The translations under genes were made by a program, and so were the position numbers. Positions 17,733-25,600 of a stretch of 40,584 nt of DNA are shown piece after piece. The DNA is from Chloroflexi bacterium RBG_19FT_COMBO_62_14 (GTDB lineage Bacteria; Chloroflexota; Anaerolineae; Anaerolineales; E44-bin32): contig MGOM01000112.1 in assembly GCA_001797105.1 (NCBI GenBank), positions 12,532 through 53,115 on the forward strand, read 5' to 3'. How positions within the stretch are numbered: the stretch's first letter is position 1; the number at the start of each line of letters is the position of its first letter. The notes beneath the pieces are model-generated. The model made no database searches, was not told where the DNA came from, and worked only from the letters and a program-made list of their open reading frames with translations.

Positions 17733-17738
17733 CGGATG

Positions 17739-17754
17739 TGTTTCACGTGAAACA
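17739..17754. promoter_or_regulatory. Perfect 16-bp palindrome (candidate dimeric regulator operator)
   Basis: TGTTTCAC|GTGAAACA, starting 7 nt after the DUF4177 stop and 84 nt before the YhfC-like start. AT-rich in GC-rich surroundings. Confidence 0.5.
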
Positions 17755-17837
17755 TTCCCTCCGCCGCCGGGGGGCCAGCCTGGCGGACGGAGTATCTTTT
17801 CTCCCCTGACGGAACCGAGGCGAACCGTTCGGACAGA

Positions 17838-18707
17838 ATGGACATCCTGTTCCGATGTCTAAACGTGGCCTTGATGCTGACGATGCCGCTAGCGCTGGGG
17901 GTGTTCCTGGCCCGCTGGCTGAAGACGGGCTGGAGACCCTATCTGATCGGGGTTGGCACCTTCCTTGGATCACAGGTACTCCACATCCCGTTCAATTCCT
18001 GGGTGCTCTCGCCAGCTTTAGACCGCCTGGGCCTTCGCCCACCCTGGGAGGGAACGGGTTTGATCGTGGCCGCGTGTGCGCTCGGACTTTCGGCCGGGGT
18101 GTTCGAGGAGGGCGCCCGATACATCGTCCTGCGCCGCTGGTTGCGAGACGCCCGGACCTGGAGGCAAGGCGTGATGTTCGGCGCCGGCCACGGCGGCATC
18201 GAGTCCGTTGCGGTCGGGGTGATCACCTTAATCGCCCTTTTCCAGGCGGTCGCCTACCGCGAGGCCGACCTCTCCGGCCTGGTCCCGCCTGATCAGCTGA
18301 GTGCGGCACAGGCACAGCTCGCCGCCTACTGGGCGGCGCCGCCGTCACTGATTGACCTCGGCTCAGTCGAGAGGGCGATCGCGCTGTGCGTCCAGGTCAG
18401 TCTAGCCGTCGTCGTGCTGCGAGCGGTCACGCGTGGCAACCCCGCCTGGCTGGCGCTGGCGATAGGCTGGCACGCGTTCATTGACGCCCTGGCGGTCTTC
18501 GTCGCGACCAAGTACGGGCCGTATCTGACCGAGGGCTTGCTGGCCGTCGTAGCTTTCATCAGCCTGGGGATCCTCTTCAAGCTCCGGACCCCCGATCCGT
18601 CTGAGCCCGCCCGGCCTGCCGTTCCGTCTCAAGCCGAGGGCTTTGAGCCATTCACTCACGCCACCACTCGAAATAGCGAGGTTGAAGATAGCCGCTTCCT
18701 CGGGTAG
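17838..18707 (+). CDS. YhfC-family intramembrane metalloprotease (CPBP-related)
   Basis: 289 aa, multi-TM. Motifs FEEGARY, GAGHGGIES and HAFIDA. Confidence 0.75.
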   Translation: MDILFRCLNVALMLTMPLALGVFLARWLKTGWRPYLIGVGTFLGSQVLHIPFNSWVLSPALDRLGLRPPWEGTGLIVAACALGLSAGVFEEGARYIVLRRWLRDARTWRQGVMFGAGHGGIESVAVGVITLIALFQAVAYREADLSGLVPPDQLSAAQAQLAAYWAAPPSLIDLGSVERAIALCVQVSLAVVVLRAVTRGNPAWLALAIGWHAFIDALAVFVATKYGPYLTEGLLAVVAFISLGILFKLRTPDPSEPARPAVPSQAEGFEPFTHATTRNSEVEDSRFLG

Positions 18708-18770
18708 CCTCATGACCGGGGCCAGACCCAAGCCCGGACGGACGATGGGAGGACGGATCACGGAGCTCGA

Positions 18771-19697
18771 ATGATCAAGACCGAGAAGCTAACCAAGCGT
18801 TTCGGCGACAAGCAAGCTGTCGACGGGCTTACGCTCGAGGTGGAGTCGGGTGAGGTCTTCGGATTCCTCGGCCCCAACGGGGCCGGGAAGACGACCACGA
18901 TCCGGATGCTTGCGGGGTTAATCGCCCCGACCGCAGGTACGGCCTGGATCGGAGATCTGACGCTGGGCCAGCAGGATGACGCCATCCGGTCCCGGGTGGG
19001 GATCCTGACTGAGTCACCCGGTTTGTACGATCGGCTGGGGGTGGCGCGGAACCTGGAGTTCTTTGCCGCTCTCTACGACGTCGAGGATATCCCGGCCCAG
19101 GTTGAGAAGTACCTGCGCATGCTCGGTCTGTGGGATAGGCGGCACGATCCGGCCGGGACCCTCTCCAAGGGCATGCGCCAGAAACTGGCGATCGCCCGTG
19201 CCCTCCTCCACGAACCCGCGGTGCTCTTCCTGGACGAGCCGACCAGTGCGCTCGACCCGGAAGCGGCTCGCCTAGTGCGCGAGTTCCTATCCACGCTCAA
19301 ACACGAAGGCCGAACCATCTTTCTGTGTACCCACAACCTGGATGAGGCCGACCGGCTGTGCGACCGGATTGCCGTCTTCAATACAAGGCTCCTTGCGCTC
19401 GACACCCCGACCGCCTTGAGACGCAATCTGTACGGCCGGACGGTCGTCTTTCACCTGAGTCAGATCGAACCGCGTTTCGCCCGGCGCCTCGAGGATTTCG
19501 ACTTCGTCCACGGGGTTCAGGCGATGGACAACAAGCTCGTCGTCACCCTGGACTCGCCCGAAACGCAGAACCCGCCCCTCATCCGAGCCCTGGTCGAGGC
19601 CGGGGCCGACGTGCAATTCGTCGGCGAGATCCGGCGGACTCTCGAGGACGTATACCTGCAGCTGGTCGAGCGCAGCGGATCGCCTGAGATCGCGTAA
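18771..19697 (+). CDS. ABC transporter ATP-binding protein (ABC-2 exporter type)
   Basis: 308 aa. Walker A GPNGAGKTT, signature LSKGMRQK and Walker B LFLDEPT. Confidence 0.93.
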   Translation: MIKTEKLTKRFGDKQAVDGLTLEVESGEVFGFLGPNGAGKTTTIRMLAGLIAPTAGTAWIGDLTLGQQDDAIRSRVGILTESPGLYDRLGVARNLEFFAALYDVEDIPAQVEKYLRMLGLWDRRHDPAGTLSKGMRQKLAIARALLHEPAVLFLDEPTSALDPEAARLVREFLSTLKHEGRTIFLCTHNLDEADRLCDRIAVFNTRLLALDTPTALRRNLYGRTVVFHLSQIEPRFARRLEDFDFVHGVQAMDNKLVVTLDSPETQNPPLIRALVEAGADVQFVGEIRRTLEDVYLQLVERSGSPEIA

Positions 19698-20485
19698 TGC
19701 ACAAAACATGGGTGGTGACCCGTAAAGAATGGGCAGAGGTGTTCAAGAATCGCTTCGTGCTCTTCACAATCGCGTTCCTCCCGCTGATGCTGACCGCTCT
19801 TCCCCTCGGGATTCTGTATGGGATACGGTCCAGCGGCGACGCCGGTCTGTCCTCGACAGAAATACCGTCTCAATTCACCCAGATCTGTGAGGGGCTGGTT
19901 GGCGAGGAATGCGCGCAGTACTATCTCGTCAGCACATTCATGGTCCTGTACATGCTCATGCCCCTGGCGATCCCGGTAACGATCGCCGCCTACAGCATCG
20001 TCGGTGAGAAGGCCACCCGTACCCTTGAGCCGGTGCTGGCGACGCCGATATCGACCCTGCAGCTGCTCGGGGGGAAGGCGCTAGCGGCCTCGATCCCGGC
20101 GATCCTGGTGACCTGGCTTGGGTTTGGGATCTTCGCCATCGGAGTCCGCCTGATGTCGGTAAACCCGGCGGTGGCGGCTCGCCTGCTCGATCCGGTTTGG
20201 TTGGTGGCGGTCTTCATCGTTGGGCCGCTGCTGGCGCTGGCTGCAGTCAGCGTGGCGGTGATGGTCTCCTCGAGGGTCAACGATCCGCGGGTCGCCGAGC
20301 AGGTCTCGATGCTGGTCATTCTGCCGCTCCTGGGCCTCTTCTTCGGCCAGATCGCCGGCCTGATCTACGTCAACGGGCGGCTGATCTTGCTGATGGCCGG
20401 GGTCCTGGTCGTGGCCGACGTAGTCCTCTCCTTCTTCGCCACACAGCTCTTCGAACGGGAAACAATCTTGACTCGGTGGAAGTAG
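19697..20485 (+). CDS. ABC-2 type transporter permease
   Basis: 262 aa with 6 TM. N-terminal KEWAEVFKNRFVLFT is typical of ABC-2/NatB-like permeases. The start overlaps the ATPase stop (TAATG). Confidence 0.85.
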   Translation: MHKTWVVTRKEWAEVFKNRFVLFTIAFLPLMLTALPLGILYGIRSSGDAGLSSTEIPSQFTQICEGLVGEECAQYYLVSTFMVLYMLMPLAIPVTIAAYSIVGEKATRTLEPVLATPISTLQLLGGKALAASIPAILVTWLGFGIFAIGVRLMSVNPAVAARLLDPVWLVAVFIVGPLLALAAVSVAVMVSSRVNDPRVAEQVSMLVILPLLGLFFGQIAGLIYVNGRLILLMAGVLVVADVVLSFFATQLFERETILTRWK

Positions 20486-20491
20486 GCCGCC

Positions 20492-21235
20492 GTGCGCCGA
20501 TGCCTGCGTTTCTTTGTGGCCATTGTCGCGTTGGGGTTCTCGGTTGTGGGGGCCGAGGCTCAGACTCCGTCCTCGGGTCTGGGCTTGCGGATTTCAAAGA
20601 TCTTTGGTTTCGACCTCGCCGGGCGGATCCAGGGCGCCTTCCGCCTGACCGCTTCCGGGCATGATGATCTGGAGCGAGTACGGTTCGTGATCGATGGCGA
20701 CACCCTCGGCGAAGTGACGGCACCTCCATTCAGTCTCAGTTTCGACACAACTTCTTACGCGCTCGGAAGGCACGTGCTCGCGGCAATCGGTACTACTTCT
20801 TCTGGACGGTCGCTGGAAAGCCCACCGGTTACCGTCGAGTTCGTCAGCTCGGATTCGGCGTTCGGATCGATGATGCAGATCATCGGCCCGGTACTTGTGA
20901 TCGCGCTCGGGGTGAGCGTTCTGACGATTGTCGTCCCCCTGATCGGCGGCGGGCGAGTGGCGCACCGTCCGGGCGAATATGGGATAGCGGGCGGCGCCGT
21001 TTGTCCAAAGTGCGATCTCCCCTTCAGCCGCCACTTCATTGCTCCAAGCTTCTTGGGTTACAGGCTTGAAAGATGCCCGCACTGCGGCAAATGGTCGCTG
21101 GCTGCCAGGGCGAAGGCGCAAGATCTGGTTGCGGCCGAGGCGAGCCTGCAAGCTCAGGCCGATGCGACGCCTGCGCCGCCGAACGGCGAAGACTCGATGC
21201 GCCGGATGATCGACGAATCGCGCTTCGAGGAATAG
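20492..21235 (+). CDS. Single-pass membrane protein: signal peptide, Ig-like extracellular domain, TM, cytoplasmic zinc ribbon
   Basis: 247 aa. Signal MRRCLRFFVAIVALGFSVVGAEA. Ig-like VRFVIDGDTLGEVTAPPFSLSFDTTSYALGRHVLAA. TM IIGPVLVIALGVSVLTIVVPLI. Ribbon CPKCD...CPHCGKW. Starts 6 nt after the permease stop. Confidence 0.6.
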   Translation: MRRCLRFFVAIVALGFSVVGAEAQTPSSGLGLRISKIFGFDLAGRIQGAFRLTASGHDDLERVRFVIDGDTLGEVTAPPFSLSFDTTSYALGRHVLAAIGTTSSGRSLESPPVTVEFVSSDSAFGSMMQIIGPVLVIALGVSVLTIVVPLIGGGRVAHRPGEYGIAGGAVCPKCDLPFSRHFIAPSFLGYRLERCPHCGKWSLAARAKAQDLVAAEASLQAQADATPAPPNGEDSMRRMIDESRFEE

Positions 21236-21369
21236 CGTGCCCTTGGCTGGCCTTGCTCGATGGCCGCCGGCCATTGACGCAGTCCGAAGCGCGTTCACCG
21301 CGACAGCCCGGGGCGCATCAAGTGTACAATCCTCCGCCGGGCAACACTCCTCGGAGCCCCCGAAGATCG

Positions 21370-22269
21370 ATGACGAACAACCGCGCGCCTATCCCCATCT
21401 GTGACTATGAAGGGTCAGACTACCAGGAACGGTTCTGGGAGGAGGTGGACCGCGCCTATGAGGATCAGGCGGAGGCGCTGGCGATCAAACGACTTCTACC
21501 CGAACGCGGAGAGCGCCTGCTGGAAGTGGGTGCCGGTGCCGGCCGAAACACGCCCCGCTATCGCGGTTACCGTCAGATCGTGTTGCTCGACCATTCGCGC
21601 AGCCAGTTGGAGAAAGCGCGTTCACGCCTAGGATCAGAAGCTTCGCACCTGTTTGTCGCGGCCGATGTCTACCATTTGCCTTTTGCTCCAAATGCCTTTG
21701 ACGCGGCGACGATGATCCGGACGCTGCATCACATGCTCGAGCCGGACGCGGCGCTGGCCGCGGTCCGCGAAACCCTCGCCCCCGAGGCCCTCTTCGTCCT
21801 GGAATTCGCCAATAAGCGCAACCTCAAAGCCATACTGCGCTGGCTGGTTCGGCAGCAAGATTGGAATCCTTTCATGCTCGGCCCGGTCGAGTTCGCGGCG
21901 ATGAACTTCAATTTCCATCCGCGAGCGGCCCGTCGCTGGCTCATGATGGCCGACTTCGCCATCGGTCGACAGCTGGCGGTCTCGTACTTTCGATTGCCGG
22001 CAATCAAGAAGGTGCTCCCGCACCCGCTAGTCATGGTAGCCGAAGGACTTGTGCAGTGGAGTGGCGCGGTAGTTCAGCTTAGCCCGAGTGTTTTCGTGCA
22101 GGCGCGAGCTCTCGGCAGGCGCCGCCGGCCGCTGGCCGAAAACCTCTGGCGATGCCCCGCTTGCCGGTCGTTGGCCATGCGGGAGCGGTCGCGGGCGGTC
22201 GTGTGTGGGGGTTGTGGCCGGAGCTGGCGGCTGCAGGATGGGATTTACGACTTTCGTCTCGAGCGGTAG
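21370..22269 (+). CDS. Class I SAM-dependent methyltransferase with a C-terminal Trm112-like zinc ribbon
   Basis: The ATG at 21370 gives 299 aa. SAM motif I LLEVGAGAGRNT and motif post-I LLDHS. The C-terminus is CPACRS...CGGCGRSWRLQDGIYDF. The track ORF start (21073) overlaps the preceding gene and looks spurious. Confidence 0.85.
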   Translation: MTNNRAPIPICDYEGSDYQERFWEEVDRAYEDQAEALAIKRLLPERGERLLEVGAGAGRNTPRYRGYRQIVLLDHSRSQLEKARSRLGSEASHLFVAADVYHLPFAPNAFDAATMIRTLHHMLEPDAALAAVRETLAPEALFVLEFANKRNLKAILRWLVRQQDWNPFMLGPVEFAAMNFNFHPRAARRWLMMADFAIGRQLAVSYFRLPAIKKVLPHPLVMVAEGLVQWSGAVVQLSPSVFVQARALGRRRRPLAENLWRCPACRSLAMRERSRAVVCGGCGRSWRLQDGIYDFRLER

Positions 22270-22640
22270 TGACGGGATCTTTTGGAGATCGAGCGCGGCT
22301 CGGCGGATCCCTGCATTCGATCGTAGGCCTGCTTGTCGGCCTCGGCCGCCAGCCGTGCCAGGGTTTCAGGCGAGGTGAGCTGACGCGCAACGGACTCGAG
22401 CGAATCTGGCTCGAGGCGGTATACGCTATAATAGCTTTCAGTGCTGGCGCTGATCAAACCGGCGTGTTTGAGACGTGCTAGATGGTGTGACACGGTAGGA
22501 GCCCCCAGCCCGAGCAGAGCCGCCAGTTGCTCTCCGGTGTGGGCGGACTGAGAAAGCAGTCCGAGGATCCTGAGGCGGTTGGCGTCGGCCAATGCCTTGA
22601 AGATCCGCAGCAGTACCTCCGGAATGGCAAGCGGGTCCAT
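22245..22640 (-). CDS. ArsR/SmtB-family transcriptional regulator
   Basis: 131 aa. LRIFKALADANRLRILGLLS...GEQLAALLGLGAPTVSHHLARLKHAGLI. SD GAGGA. Confidence 0.9.
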   Translation of the reverse strand: MDPLAIPEVLLRIFKALADANRLRILGLLSQSAHTGEQLAALLGLGAPTVSHHLARLKHAGLISASTESYYSVYRLEPDSLESVARQLTSPETLARLAAEADKQAYDRMQGSAEPRSISKRSRHYRSRRKS

Positions 22641-22657
22641 TTTGTCCTCTGTAGAAC

Positions 22658-22679
22658 TAATTCGACCTTTCTCGAATTA
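22658..22679. promoter_or_regulatory. 8-6-8 perfect inverted repeat, candidate ArsR operator in a divergent promoter region
   Basis: TAATTCGA (22658-22665), cctttc, TCGAATTA (22672-22679). It lies in the 87-bp AT-rich gap between the arsR-like gene (-) and the PRTase gene (+). Confidence 0.55.
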
Positions 22680-22727
22680 ATCATATCCGCTTCCGATCAC
22701 CGGTCAAGGTCGGGGAGGAACGCCGGA

Positions 22728-23285
22728 ATGCTGCCTGAGCGAGAATCCTATGCCGTCGACATCGCCGGCTTGAAACGTCGGCTACCTCTATTCGAGGTTG
22801 CCCCTGGACTGAGGATCGCCGTCCTGAACATCTTGGGGGACACCGAGCTCGTCCAGGCCTGCGCCCGAGCGCTGGCGGGCAAGCTTGAAGACTTAGAGTA
22901 CGATGTCTTGGTGACGGCCGAGGCCAAGAGTATCCCCCTGGCGCACGCGCTCTCGCTGGCTACCGGGAAGCCTTATATCGTGCTGCGTAAGATCTACAAG
23001 CTCTACATGGGTGAGGCATTGCAGGCCCAGACGGTCTCGATCACCACCGGCCAACCCCAGACTTTGTATCTGGACGAGAAAGACCGGCATCTGATTGAGG
23101 GCAAGCGAGTGGTGTTGGTCGATGACGTGATAAGCACCGGCTCGACTCTCAAGGGGATGCAGAAGCTGGTGGAGACAGCCGGAGCCGAGGTGGTGAGAAC
23201 CGGAGCCGTGTTCACCGAAGGTGACCCTGACTCCTGGCGGGATGTAGTCTCCCTCGGTCACCTGCCGCTCTTCAAAGACGGTTGA
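22728..23285 (+). CDS. Type I phosphoribosyltransferase (adenine/purine PRTase-like)
   Basis: ATG at 22728 with SD GGGGAGGA. 185 aa. PRPP loop VVLVDDVISTGSTL. Substrate not assignable. Confidence 0.8.
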   Translation: MLPERESYAVDIAGLKRRLPLFEVAPGLRIAVLNILGDTELVQACARALAGKLEDLEYDVLVTAEAKSIPLAHALSLATGKPYIVLRKIYKLYMGEALQAQTVSITTGQPQTLYLDEKDRHLIEGKRVVLVDDVISTGSTLKGMQKLVETAGAEVVRTGAVFTEGDPDSWRDVVSLGHLPLFKDG

Positions 23286-23320
23286 CCCACGCGGGCCGGT
23301 TGAGGGGGACGATCCTGGAA

Positions 23321-23347
23321 GGGCGCCTCTCGAAACGCCCCGTGTTT
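23321..23347 (+). terminator. Weak candidate terminator after the PRTase gene
   Basis: GGGCG (23321-23325) / CGCCC (23336-23340) with a 10-nt loop, followed by CGTGTTT. Confidence 0.3.
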
Positions 23348-23462
23348 AGTCTTCATCGGCCCTCTCTACCGAAGCATCACTCGATGAGGTGACCTCCATC
23401 GTCATTCGGAGCTGCGGATGACGCCGCAGCCCGGATCCCGCGCAACGCCTCCGCCGCTGACG

Positions 23463-23471
23463 TGATATAAC
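23463..23471 (+). promoter_or_regulatory. Extended -10 promoter element (TGaTATAAC) directly upstream of the ParB-USP gene
   Basis: TG at 23463-23464 and TATAAC at 23466-23471. The ATG at 23481 is only 9 nt downstream and has no SD, implying a leaderless or near-leaderless mRNA. Confidence 0.45.
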
Positions 23472-23480
23472 TTGGCGGCG

Positions 23481-25214
23481 ATGCCCGGACTACTATTCCC
23501 CGATTACGCCTTGGCAATTCGTGACTTCCAGAGCGCCCGGCAACAGGCCGCCCTGGAGGCGATCTTGGCCCGCCTGACAGGCAGGTCGATCGACCTGCTG
23601 TCGTACGATGAGGTGCGTCAGAAGCTCAGAGCACGCGAAGTTGCGGTGCGCGAGCTCAAGGACATCCCGATTGCGGCCATTGTGGGAAGCGTGGGGCGCT
23701 ACTTGGATTTCACGCGCAGCTTCCTGCCGAAACATGACAGCGACGGGGATCGTTGGGCGCGCGTGTACGTCGCCGTGGATGGCCAGAGCGGCCTGCCGCC
23801 GATCGAGGTCTACCAGTTGGGCGAGGCCTATTTTGTGCGCGATGGCCATCATCGGGTATCGGTGGCGCGCCAGCTGGGGGCGGAGCACGTTCAGGCGTAC
23901 GTCACACCTGTGATCAGCAAGGTCCCGCTGACTCCCGAGACCGATCTTGCCGACATTCTCCTGAAGGCTCACCTCGCCGAGTTCCTCGAGCGATCCCATC
24001 TCGATCTCACTCGTCCCGAAGCGGATCTGACCCTGACTGCCCCGGGGGGATATGACGTGCTGGAGGAACACATTCTGGTTCACCGCTACTTCATGGGGTT
24101 GGATCAAGGGCGCGAGGTCTCCTTCGACGCGGCCGCCAGCCACTGGTTCGACACGGTCTACCTCCCGATCATACGCGTCATCCGCCATCAAGGCATTCTG
24201 CGCGACTTCCCGGATCGCACCGAGGCCGATTTGTATCTTTGGCTCTCAGAGCATCGCGCCGCCCTTGAGGCCGAATTGGGTTGGAAGGTCGAGATGGAAA
24301 CCGCCGCCGCCGACCTGGCTGCCCGCCAGCAGATGACTTCATCTCCAAGCCTGGGAGGCAAGTTGCTGAGCGCGGTCACGCAAGATGAATTCGAAGCCGG
24401 GCCTCCGCCCGGTGATTGGCGCAGGCGAAAGCTGGAGCCTCGGCCGGACGATAGGGTTTTCGTCGACATCCTGGCACCACTCAGCCCGAGCGATCATGAA
24501 TGGCATGCTCTGACCCAGGCGATTGAGATCGCCCAGCGCGAAAATGGGAGGATCCTCGGTCTGCACGTGGTCCCGGCGGCGGATCAGCTCCGCGCCGGGC
24601 CGGTCGAGGCATTGAGAGTCGAGTTCGACCGCCGCTGTCGAGAGGCTGAGGTTCAGGGCAGATTCGCCGTCGAAGCCGGCAAGGTGGCAGAGACGATATG
24701 CTCCAGGGCTGGCCTGGCGGATCTGGTCGTGATCGACCTGGCCCATCCGCCGGCGAACCAACCGATCGCCCGGCTGGGCTCGGGCACGCGGACGCTTATC
24801 CAGCGCTGTGGGCCGCCGATCCTGGCTGTTCCCCATGAACCGGCCGCGCCCAAACACGTTCTCCTGGCGTATGACGCCAGCCCCAGGGCGCGCGAGGCGG
24901 TGTACTTGGCTGCCTACCTTACCGCGCGCTGGAACCTCGAACTCACCCTGCTGATGGTCGAGGAGAAGGGGCGTGCCAAAAGGTCGGAAATGAAAGTCGC
25001 CCGACGCTACCTGGAATCCCATGGTGCTCAGGCCACCTACCTCACGAAATCGGGCAGGGTGGCGCCGACAATCCTGGAGCTCGCAGACCAGGAGAGTTGC
25101 GACTTCATCCTCATCGGAGCCTACGCCGCCCCGCCCGTCCTCGAGGTCACCCTTGGAAGCACGGTTGACGAAGTGCTGCGCGGGGCGCACCTTCCGGTAT
25201 TGATCTGTCACTGA
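23481..25214 (+). CDS. Fusion protein: ParB/sulfiredoxin-like N-terminal domain, helical middle region and two universal stress protein (UspA) domains
   Basis: PPIEVYQLGEAYFVRDGHHRVSVARQLG (ParB/Srx DGHHR-type motif). Two USP-like halves: ILAPLSPSDHEWHALTQAIEIAQRENGRILGLHVV... and VLLAYDASPRAREAVYLAAYL...CDFILIGAY...GSTVDEVLRGAHLPVLI. The track start TTG 23472 is also possible. Confidence 0.8.
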   Translation: MPGLLFPDYALAIRDFQSARQQAALEAILARLTGRSIDLLSYDEVRQKLRAREVAVRELKDIPIAAIVGSVGRYLDFTRSFLPKHDSDGDRWARVYVAVDGQSGLPPIEVYQLGEAYFVRDGHHRVSVARQLGAEHVQAYVTPVISKVPLTPETDLADILLKAHLAEFLERSHLDLTRPEADLTLTAPGGYDVLEEHILVHRYFMGLDQGREVSFDAAASHWFDTVYLPIIRVIRHQGILRDFPDRTEADLYLWLSEHRAALEAELGWKVEMETAAADLAARQQMTSSPSLGGKLLSAVTQDEFEAGPPPGDWRRRKLEPRPDDRVFVDILAPLSPSDHEWHALTQAIEIAQRENGRILGLHVVPAADQLRAGPVEALRVEFDRRCREAEVQGRFAVEAGKVAETICSRAGLADLVVIDLAHPPANQPIARLGSGTRTLIQRCGPPILAVPHEPAAPKHVLLAYDASPRAREAVYLAAYLTARWNLELTLLMVEEKGRAKRSEMKVARRYLESHGAQATYLTKSGRVAPTILELADQESCDFILIGAYAAPPVLEVTLGSTVDEVLRGAHLPVLICH

Positions 25215-25314
25215 GGGATACCCACGCGCCTGCGAGGATCTTGTCGGACCGTCTCCTGCGGGGCGCTGCCGACCGTCTGATCACACTTGCGGGTCGCCAG
25301 GTCTGGGGAGCGGC

Positions 25315-25563
25315 ATGATCGGCGATAGGCCGGTGACGCGCCGAGAACTGATGAAAGGAACCGGCGAGCGTGGAGGACGATGCTTCGTCGCGCACGCCGG
25401 TATCGTCTACGATGTCACCGATTGTCCGAAATGGCGCACCGGGCTCCACGAGCAACTGCACTTCGCTGGGCAGGATCTCACTTCGGAAATCGCCGAAGCA
25501 CCACATGAGACCGACGTCTTCCTGCGGCCGTGCGTACACAGGATCGGCCCCCTGATCGATTGA
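25315..25563 (+). CDS. Cytochrome b5-like heme/steroid-binding domain protein
   Basis: 82 aa. ELMKGTGERGGRCFVAHAGIVYDVTDCPKWRTGLHEQLHFAGQDLT matches the small bacterial cyt-b5-like (COG4892-type) pattern. Confidence 0.7.
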   Translation: MIGDRPVTRRELMKGTGERGGRCFVAHAGIVYDVTDCPKWRTGLHEQLHFAGQDLTSEIAEAPHETDVFLRPCVHRIGPLID

Positions 25564-25600
25564 GGGCCGGTGGCCCGACCCTCCTCGTCTCTGTCGCTGC

